Assembly: GCA_945788685.1 (NCBI GenBank)
Contig: CALZMZ010000003.1
Coordinates: 1-58,641 of the forward strand
Source: Thermodesulfovibrionia bacterium
GTDB lineage: Bacteria; Nitrospirota; Thermodesulfovibrionia; UBA6902
Length of the DNA stretch: 58,641 bases
Reading direction: 5' to 3'
A program made the position numbers and the translations under genes. A model generated the notes under the pieces. That model did no database searches. It had not been told where the DNA came from and worked only from the letters and a program-made list of their open reading frames with translations. Shown piece after piece: positions 51,461-58,641 of this stretch; positions within the stretch are counted from its first letter, which is position 1; every line of letters starts with the position of its first letter.

Positions 51461-53578
51461 ATGGCACTTCTCCAGGACATAATGAATGCAGAGAAATGGA
51501 ATCCCGGTATTAAAAAGGATTCCAATGCAAATGATGAAAAAGAAATTACAATTACCAAGGTTGATGGCGATAACATATCTATTGAAGGTTCTTCTCAAAA
51601 CACCACAAAGCATAAAGAATTGAATTCATTGATAATGGAGCAACATCCGGGTGCATTGCAGCACGATACATCTACAGTAGAAAACATCAAGGGATTACAA
51701 TCTTCATCCAGACAAGTATCTGTGAAATCAGCCTCTATAACGGATACAGCTGAAATGAATTTCACTCAACCCAAACCATCTTCGGTCAGCGCCTTTAAGA
51801 CAAAAAAAAGAGTGAGAAAAAACGGTAAGCTGTGGATCTTACTTATGGCAGGCCTCCTCATCAGTATAGTGTCAGGTGCCGGTATGGCTCTATGGCTGTC
51901 AGGCTCTGACAGCAACACGGATAACAGTCTGCAGGCAAACTATGTTGAAAATAGTGATATGGTCTTAAGTGGAGATGATGAAGATTATATTACTGACGAT
52001 GGCGGTATTGCCATGGGAAATGAGAGTGATTTTCCGGATGAAGATCTGTATGCCGTCATGGATGGCGATAATGAACATATTATTGAAGAAGGCGAACTTT
52101 ACAAGGGAAGTGAAAGTGGAATTCTTGATGAAGATCTGTATGCTGTCATGGATGAAAATGATATGGAATTAAATGACATGGAATATGCTGAAGATGATCT
52201 TTCAGATATTGCATTGGAAGATTCTTCTTTTAATGAAGAAATTGCAGTGGCATCAGTTCATGGTAACAAGCCGGGTACGCTTGAAGAAAACGGCGAAATC
52301 ACTATGAAAGAGGAGTCTCCATCAGACGATAAGATAGCAGCTGCTATTTCCTCACTGAAAGAAAATAGAGACAAAGAAATAATAATAGAGAAAGAAGTAC
52401 AGGAAAAACCTGTTACGCCGAAATCCACGGAAAAAGTCAAACAGCCGACGGTAAAGAAGTCATCCTCTGTATTTGCAGAGAAGAAACAATTAACAATAGT
52501 AAAGCCTGTTTCACAAGAAACAGAAGTGAATAAGAAAATATCCGATACAAAAAAATTTACAGTTAATAACGGAACTCAGTCAATAAGCAACAGTGCACAA
52601 AAAACTGATAAACTGGCAAATCAGAAATCAAGTGAAGCTCCAATTACTTCCACAAATAAAGTTCTGGAGCCTCATAAAGCAGAGCCTGTTGAAGTATCTG
52701 TCAAAGAAATACTGCAGCTGGCCCCTGTTAAGTTGAAAGAGTCAATTAAAATACCCGTTAAGACAGCATCAAAGCAGGAAAAGCCTTTTTTCAGTAATAC
52801 TGAGGTTAAAGCTGTACCAGTCGATATTCCTGTGGTTAAAGAAAAAGAAATAACAGCATCGAAACAGAAAAAGACAGCCATTGGCATTACCGGGATTAAT
52901 ACTCTCCCAACCGGGATAGCTTCAGCTAAGGATCATGTTGTGACAGCTTCAAAACAGGATAAACCTTATCCCGGGAATACAAAGATTAAATCTCCTCAAA
53001 CCGGAATATCATCAATTCTCAAGGAAATGAGTGTAAATTATGAGGACCAGTTTAACAGCAATACAAACAACTGGCCGGAATATGACATCAGTAAAGCCTC
53101 TGCAGTCATAGCAAAGGGAGCGTATCACATTGAAAACAGGGTGCGCACAGGTACTCATGCGCTGGTCCACCCTGATGGGGTGCCAATTGATATGGATTTA
53201 ATGATTGATGTTTCAATCGGGTCGGTCCGTAGTTCAGGCAACAATTCTTATGGCTTCATTTTTGGTGCAAAAGATACCAGTAATAATTATGCATTTCTTG
53301 TTAGGAACGGTCAGTTTTATTCAATAGAAAAAATGACTGGAGGTAAAAGTACGGAAATGCGGGGAGGACAGATAGATAACATATTCATAAGCGGGGACTC
53401 TCAAAAGTCAATGAAAATAGTAAAACGGAAGAATATAATCCGTTTTTATATCGATGGTCATCTGATTGATGAAATTGCAGATATTGACTATTTCGGAAAT
53501 AAGATAGGGTTTCTTATAAGAGGAAAAGCAAGGATGTCTGTTGACCGTACACGAACGCAGATCAGGTTTCAGAAATAA
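51461..53578 (+). CDS. single-pass membrane protein with acidic and Lys-rich repeat regions and a C-terminal ~180-aa domain shared with 53728-54399
   Basis: The ATG at 51461 has SD 'aaggag'; the ORF track starts at GTG 51410. The TM helix is 'LWILLMAGLLISIVSGAGMALWL'. Repeats are 'DEDLYAVMD' x2 and 'TASKQ.KP' x3. The C-terminal domain runs 'NNWPEYD...YGFIFGAKDTSNNYAFLV...IRFYIDGHLIDE'. Confidence 0.6.
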   Translation: MALLQDIMNAEKWNPGIKKDSNANDEKEITITKVDGDNISIEGSSQNTTKHKELNSLIMEQHPGALQHDTSTVENIKGLQSSSRQVSVKSASITDTAEMNFTQPKPSSVSAFKTKKRVRKNGKLWILLMAGLLISIVSGAGMALWLSGSDSNTDNSLQANYVENSDMVLSGDDEDYITDDGGIAMGNESDFPDEDLYAVMDGDNEHIIEEGELYKGSESGILDEDLYAVMDENDMELNDMEYAEDDLSDIALEDSSFNEEIAVASVHGNKPGTLEENGEITMKEESPSDDKIAAAISSLKENRDKEIIIEKEVQEKPVTPKSTEKVKQPTVKKSSSVFAEKKQLTIVKPVSQETEVNKKISDTKKFTVNNGTQSISNSAQKTDKLANQKSSEAPITSTNKVLEPHKAEPVEVSVKEILQLAPVKLKESIKIPVKTASKQEKPFFSNTEVKAVPVDIPVVKEKEITASKQKKTAIGITGINTLPTGIASAKDHVVTASKQDKPYPGNTKIKSPQTGISSILKEMSVNYEDQFNSNTNNWPEYDISKASAVIAKGAYHIENRVRTGTHALVHPDGVPIDMDLMIDVSIGSVRSSGNNSYGFIFGAKDTSNNYAFLVRNGQFYSIEKMTGGKSTEMRGGQIDNIFISGDSQKSMKIVKRKNIIRFYIDGHLIDEIADIDYFGNKIGFLIRGKARMSVDRTRTQIRFQK

Positions 53579-53727
53579 ACAGATATGCTGATGTATTTCA
53601 CCATAAGTACAACTAAACATAACAGGGTAAAACCTTCAATATACATTAAAGAAAAGTTCATATATGCATAGTTGTGAGCTGTGTCCGGCTTACTGCCGGA
53701 GTAAATTAAAAAATGAGAGGTGATCAG

Positions 53728-54399
53728 ATGAGAAAAATTGGCTGCATAATTCTTTCAGGTTTTTTAATGGCTGTTTTAATAACGGCACATGCATCTTTTG
53801 CACAGGATAATGGGTCCGGGATATCTTCTACTTTAAGAGAGATGTCTGTCGTGTATGAGGACAAGTTCGATACACACTCCAACAACTGGCCTGAATATGA
53901 AAACAGTTTATCTTCGGCCCTGATAAATGATGGAGAATACCATATTGAAAATAATGAAAAAGGGAGCCTGCATGTTGTTCTGCATCCTAATGGTATTTCC
54001 ATGGGAATGGACTCCATGATTCAGGTCTCGATCAGTGATATTCGGGGGGCAGGAAGGTATTCTTACGGGTTTGTCTTTGGTGCTAAAGACACGTCCAATA
54101 ACTATTCACTCCAGGTCACGAACGAAAATCTGTATATCGTCGAAAAAATGGTCAATGGAAAACGTAAAGAAGTTGCAAGAGGGCCGATCGACAATGTTTT
54201 TTCCAGCGACAGTTTTGGCAAGACCCTTAAGCTGGTAAAACAGCGGGATAAAATAAGGTTTTATGTCGATGATAACTATGTTGACGAGCTGCTCATTTCC
54301 GACGCCAAATTTCCGGGAGACCTGGTCGGGTTCCTTGTCAGTGGCAGGGCAAAAATATCGGTAGACTGGACGAGGACACAGATTAAATACAAAGGGTAG
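53728..54399 (+). CDS. secreted protein consisting of the shared ~180-aa domain (possible lectin/jelly-roll fold)
   Basis: The signal peptide is 'MRKIGCIILSGFLMAVLITAHASFAQ'. The rest aligns by eye with the C-terminus of the upstream ORF: 'NNWPEYE', 'YGFVFGAKDTSNNYSLQV', 'IRFYVDDNYVDE', 'VDWTRTQIKY'. Confidence 0.65.
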   Translation: MRKIGCIILSGFLMAVLITAHASFAQDNGSGISSTLREMSVVYEDKFDTHSNNWPEYENSLSSALINDGEYHIENNEKGSLHVVLHPNGISMGMDSMIQVSISDIRGAGRYSYGFVFGAKDTSNNYSLQVTNENLYIVEKMVNGKRKEVARGPIDNVFSSDSFGKTLKLVKQRDKIRFYVDDNYVDELLISDAKFPGDLVGFLVSGRAKISVDWTRTQIKYKG

Positions 54400-54538
54400 A
54401 AGCTGTAATATAAGCAGGATCAGGCGTATATTGAGTTATTGATTAAATTATGACGTAAATGTATTTACTCAGGGGCGGTTTTCAAACCTCATATCATAAA
54501 TCAAGGGAGGATCCCTCGTTCCCTACTTATGAATGATG

Positions 54539-57500
54539 TTATGAATTTAAAATATTTCTTTCAATTGCTTCTCCGGCAATATGATCTCCGAGTGCCCGGT
54601 AAGCCTCAAACTGGGCGTCATCAAAGAATTGATCTGCTGTTGTCTGATGAGGGAAGTCCGCGTTGTCTTTTTGGTAATTCTTCACATGAACAGGCAGTTT
54701 ATATTTCCTTTTCACATTCTTTCCATATTTTTCTTTTTCTAATACGATTTCAGGCTCACTCAATGATGATTTTAGATAGATAAGTCTTCCGTCCTTTTCT
54801 TCATCATATTCTACATCATTCCCTTTATGGGGTGGATATTTGATAGTTCCTATGGCAACGCTGCTCTTACTCAATTGATACGTTCCGTCCTTATTTTTCT
54901 CAGGAACAATTTTGGACAGATCGATATCAATCTTTATGTTCTCTTCAATATAGGCCATTCTCACGACATTGTTAAAGGATGTAAAACTGTAATTGCCGTC
55001 ATCCTCACCATCGCAAATGACGATCAACTTGACGCGCCTTTGCAGGAGAGGCAGAAACCCGAGATTATCGCCTGTGTGTCCGCCATCGGATACATTAACA
55101 AGACGCTTACGTGCATCACACAAATCAAATAGCTCATATCCCAGCCACATTGGCCAGTATGTTGGCCAGTGTATCGGTTTTTTCACGCGTTTATTGGTTT
55201 TTTTTGTCAGACAACACCAGAGATTTACAATCCATGTTGGCCAGTAAATTGGTTCTGTCTCAGTTTTAGAGCCTCTTTTTCTAACGTAGCTCCAGTGATC
55301 TGTATCCCACATTCGCCAGTATATTGGTTTTTTTTCTGGATTAACTTTTATCTTATTACAGTAAGCCCATGGATTTGCCATCCAGTAACCGAGTCTGATA
55401 TTAAAAAGAGTTGCAGCAAACGCCTGAGCGCCGAAGGAATGAAAGCCCATGGCCGAGCCTGCAGCAGCAGCGGAAATTGTCATGGCCCTTGCAAGTTTGG
55501 TTTCACCATCACGATACGCGCTTGTCTTGACATAGCCCGTTACTCGGGAACCAACATAGTTTTTACTGAAAATGAAATGTTCTGATAGCATCCTCTTTCT
55601 GTTTAGCTCTTTGGAGCCCTGAAGGTTTAGGGCAGCGACAATAATATGATATGGACCGCGATTGTTATTTTCCCCTATATCCATTAATTTGAGATCGTCA
55701 TGATTCCGGATATTTTTCAATGGCATGCCCTGCTGTTTACACTTATCATCTTTTGCCCGTCTGATACGGGCGTCAGTCTTCAGATAAGCCTCGGTCAGAC
55801 GGTCTCGATAGAAATAATGGGGGGAAACCCTGTTTGAATCAACTATGATACCCAGTCCGCTGAATATAAGAAAGGCAACAACAGCGATCACTGATTCAAA
55901 CCAGGGTGATAAGAAGCGAAAGACCGGGTCAAGGTAAATGTGATGTGTGATTATTTTTGACACAACATCAAAACTGAGGGCAAGGAACAGAAATACAAGC
56001 AGTGAAAGGAGCGGCTTGCGTATTGTATCCATCATTTTACTGAATTTACCACCCTGACCTGTCTTCTGTTTCAGGACTAGAAAACTAAACAAAAGAGTTA
56101 TGGCTGTCCACCAGAATTTCATCGAAAAGTAGCTGAGTGAGAACAGGAATACTATTATTACCGGTACGATTATAGCGAGAACAATCCCGTAGAACGTAGC
56201 GCCCTGGATTGCACTGTAGAGGGAGCGATGGACCCGGTCTACTTCATCTTCAGATTTAAAACACAATCCCGCGTGAACAACCAACAGGGATATAATTTTG
56301 CCGCCAAATGCATAGCTCAGGGGGAGAAACAATACAGATAGTTGGTAAGGGTCTTCATGTGTCCATTGATACGTTAATGCAGCAATTATCGTGGCAATCA
56401 CTGCCACAATAACAGAGTAAATATTCAATCCGTGAATAAATTTAATTTCATAGTGGTCCTCAATATTAAATCCAGCCTTTGTATCCATGGTTGGATTTGG
56501 AGCATTCTTATTAATTTTTTCCCGTATTATATTTGCACGATAAATAAAAGATAAAGTCGTAATAAATCCAAGCAGAATAAAAAAAATATGAACTTTCCAA
56601 ATTTGTGGGTATCCTGTATAGAACATATTATATAGCGGTACGCCAATCCGTGAGTACCCCCATGCTTTCAGTTCATTTAATAGATATTCCGTGCTGGACT
56701 CTTCCACGTTGCTTGCGTGATTAAGAAGCGATTTTTGATGCTCTGTAGAGACAAGGGGATGAGACAGTTTTTGCTGCTTGGAAGAATTATCGAAATTAAG
56801 CGATTTCCCCAGAGTTTCCAGGAAATTGTCAGTACCTTTGGAGAACTCTATGTCCTTGTATCGCTTTAATTTATTAACAACATCATCAGGAACACCCTCA
56901 ATGGTTAAATATGATAGTGTCTTGTCGGTGATAATATATCTGTATTTTACGTCATAATTGAGTTCGTCTAACATTTTAAGAGGGCTGCCTGCTGCTAAAA
57001 TAAGTAAAAAATGTATGAGAGAAGTGGCCATGATGATTAACAGCGTATACAGGACTAAATGATGGAAGATGCCGGTTGTAAGTGTACCGACTACACGCTG
57101 CAGGCCGCGGCTGAGAATGTCCTTCCGTGGAAGAATATACTCGCCATGAGTTCTCAAGTGATGGATTTGATGCCGAACACTGAGGCTGGCATCTTCACCT
57201 GTTTCATATGATACTACCTTGCCTGATTCATCAATTTTTTCTAAATCAACAAAAGGAGAGTTTTCAGGATCAACCCCGGTACCATCTGTTGCGCCAGAAG
57301 CATCTTGTGTTAACAAAGAAGTCAAACAGCTGCCAATATACCCACCTCCGGAAACTGTGCTCAGATAGTCAAATCTTCTAAATATCTTCTCCCTGATGAG
57401 TTTCTGCATCATTCCCAGACAGAGGGTTGCCGATCGAATGCCTCCACCTGAAAAACAGATACCCAAGGCGTCCTTTGAATCTTCGATTGTATCTTGTATG

Positions 57501-57604
57501 TTATTCTTTGCACGACGCTTGTTGATGTATTCAATTTCAGAATCAATAACTGCCTGCAAATCATCTGTATAAAAGTCATTTTTTGGATTAGTTTCAGAGT
57601 TCAT
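54539..57604 (-). CDS. patatin/cPLA2-like phospholipase with a large multi-TM insertion between the catalytic Ser and Asp motifs
   Basis: 1021-aa ORF. The oxyanion motif is 'FSGGGIRSA', the nucleophile elbow is 'STVSGGGY' and the catalytic Asp motif is 'VSDGGHTGDNLG'. About 400 aa of hydrophobic helices separate Ser from Asp. Family-typical 'FYRDRLTEAYL' and 'NIRLGYWMANP' are present. Confidence 0.8.
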   Translation of the reverse strand: MNSETNPKNDFYTDDLQAVIDSEIEYINKRRAKNNIQDTIEDSKDALGICFSGGGIRSATLCLGMMQKLIREKIFRRFDYLSTVSGGGYIGSCLTSLLTQDASGATDGTGVDPENSPFVDLEKIDESGKVVSYETGEDASLSVRHQIHHLRTHGEYILPRKDILSRGLQRVVGTLTTGIFHHLVLYTLLIIMATSLIHFLLILAAGSPLKMLDELNYDVKYRYIITDKTLSYLTIEGVPDDVVNKLKRYKDIEFSKGTDNFLETLGKSLNFDNSSKQQKLSHPLVSTEHQKSLLNHASNVEESSTEYLLNELKAWGYSRIGVPLYNMFYTGYPQIWKVHIFFILLGFITTLSFIYRANIIREKINKNAPNPTMDTKAGFNIEDHYEIKFIHGLNIYSVIVAVIATIIAALTYQWTHEDPYQLSVLFLPLSYAFGGKIISLLVVHAGLCFKSEDEVDRVHRSLYSAIQGATFYGIVLAIIVPVIIVFLFSLSYFSMKFWWTAITLLFSFLVLKQKTGQGGKFSKMMDTIRKPLLSLLVFLFLALSFDVVSKIITHHIYLDPVFRFLSPWFESVIAVVAFLIFSGLGIIVDSNRVSPHYFYRDRLTEAYLKTDARIRRAKDDKCKQQGMPLKNIRNHDDLKLMDIGENNNRGPYHIIVAALNLQGSKELNRKRMLSEHFIFSKNYVGSRVTGYVKTSAYRDGETKLARAMTISAAAAGSAMGFHSFGAQAFAATLFNIRLGYWMANPWAYCNKIKVNPEKKPIYWRMWDTDHWSYVRKRGSKTETEPIYWPTWIVNLWCCLTKKTNKRVKKPIHWPTYWPMWLGYELFDLCDARKRLVNVSDGGHTGDNLGFLPLLQRRVKLIVICDGEDDGNYSFTSFNNVVRMAYIEENIKIDIDLSKIVPEKNKDGTYQLSKSSVAIGTIKYPPHKGNDVEYDEEKDGRLIYLKSSLSEPEIVLEKEKYGKNVKRKYKLPVHVKNYQKDNADFPHQTTADQFFDDAQFEAYRALGDHIAGEAIERNILNS

Positions 57605-57830
57605 ATCAAATCCCTTTCATATACAGGTTTAGTCCTATCTCTTTCTGTTCACCGGGTTTGAAAATAACTATCATGGAGCCTCGCTGACTGGAAGTATATC
57701 CGATCTTATGCCCATATGCAAGAAAATAAATTATATATGCGAAGGCATTGAAATTATTAATTATACATGTTAATGTGGGCAAAGGTTTAACAAAAAAGCG
57801 CGGTTTTTCTAAGGAAAAAGAGGAGGGAAT

Positions 57831-58641
57831 ATGGAAATCTTAAAAAGGCTCTTTGGCGATTTCAGATTCTTGATATTGTGTCGTGTTTTATCGCTGGTTG
57901 TTTTATTTAATGTTGGAGCATCTTATGCTGAGCAGGAAAATGCAAATGCAGACAGGAGGGGTAATCTGCAGGTGAGATTTCATAATGGTCTGGTGATTGA
58001 AAATTTTGCATCTGGTGAGCGTGACAACTATCTGAATCCGGATGAGGCATCAAGAGCCGTTACGCTGTTGGCTTGGATTTTGCCTACCGGCTTTATGGGA
58101 ACTCTGATCCGGTTACATGGTTTGATAATCCTCAGATATGGTTGTATGGCAATACCCTCCATGGAGTGCGAAGCACTGAAGTTAATTGCGATGATCATCC
58201 CAAACTGAATTTCTGCAAAAATAACGTGAATATTGATCCGAATGCGTCGGAGAATCTGTATATATTGAGAAATGCAACAAGCCTGGAAGGTTTTTTAGGG
58301 ATACGATATGAGTTTCATACACTGCAGGGAGAAAGCAGCGGATCAGACAAGGGACCGGCAGCCAATGTGTATTTTAGCGGTCAGTTAGGATTACTCACAG
58401 TTTCTGATAGCGGTGGTGATGTTATTGATGTCCATCATTTATCTACAGGTGTTGTCATTACAGCAGGTGACTTCAGAAACAGTTTTATAGAAGCGGGTTA
58501 TGGAAAAAATGATTTATTTGAAAAAAACAGAAACCGGAGGTTTAAAGTTAATGCCATGGCAATGTGGCGTTCCAGCAAAATAGTGAAAGAGGTACCATTA
58601 CTGGCACAATTTGCTATCTTTGCAAAGATAGCCGCTGATAC
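57831..58641 (+). pseudogene. signal-peptide protein (beta-rich, possibly outer-membrane) with an apparent -1 frameshift near 58045-58060; 3' end outside window
   Basis: Frame A gives the signal peptide 'LSLVVLFNVGASYAEQ' and then turns into hydrophobic nonsense before its stop at 58208. A second frame is open from 58046 to the window end with no start codon. It reads like a real protein: 'YRLYGNSDPVTWFDNPQIWLYGNTLHG...LGIRYEFHTLQGES...'. Confidence 0.4.

Noticed and set aside
54539-57604. The patatin-like gene considered as a CBASS CapV-type effector.
   Set aside because: No CD-NTase/cyclase, E1/E2/JAB or other signalling partner lies adjacent. The protein is three times CapV size and has an integral TM block. 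It is kept as a stand-alone oddity instead.

Overview
This is a visibly AT-rich chromosomal window from a Gram-negative-type, probably motile environmental bacterium, judged from KDO pathway genes, OmpA-type MotB proteins, and sigma54- and sigma28-like promoter motifs. All calls come from motif recognition by eye; no searches were run.

Layout:
(1) 69-25352 is one ~25-kb co-directional operon of 16 tightly packed or overlapping ORFs encoding tailoring enzymes. It holds four radical-SAM proteins (one B12-binding class), a 1616-aa multi-glycosyltransferase, further GT2/methyltransferase fusions, a sulfotransferase-like protein, an SGNH hydrolase, a nucleotide-sugar dehydrogenase and NadE. Seven of these proteins carry TPR modules, and four share the same ~100-aa cassette.
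(2) 25599-26477 is a lone reverse ORF. It is followed by a ~660-bp AT-rich gap containing a 16-bp palindrome and a correctly spaced sigma54 -24/-12 element.
(3) 27137-35332 encodes a Maf-N/CgeB-like GT, a GT9, a small helical protein, a REC-only response regulator, a PilZ protein, a PomAB-like stator and a PAS histidine kinase. A convergent classical motAB pair with a sigma28-like promoter follows.
(4) 37.7-41.4 kb is a loose AT-rich region of small genes: a Cys-rich protein, a Lys-rich SWIB protein, a PilZ protein, tRNA-Leu(CAA), a TerB-like and a NifU-like protein.
(5) 41.5-48.6 kb is housekeeping: a tlpA-like gene, gcvH-lpdA, kdsA, and kdsD-kdsC-pgsA-plsY-queC.
(6) 48.9-58.6 kb holds a DnaJ-PilZ fusion, an FtsX-permease remnant, a frameshifted bactofilin, two paralogous proteins sharing a C-terminal domain, a 1021-aa patatin-like lipase with a multi-TM insertion, and a frameshifted signal-peptide protein that runs off the window.

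Three things stand out. The first is the TPR-tagged radical-SAM/GT megacluster. The second is the sigma54 operon that couples glycosyltransferases with REC-PilZ-stator genes. The third is a set of 7-8-nt tandem repeat arrays that fill intercistronic spacers from stop codon to start codon and also sit in frame inside queC.

No CRISPR, rRNA, transposase, integrase or recognisable phage genes were seen.
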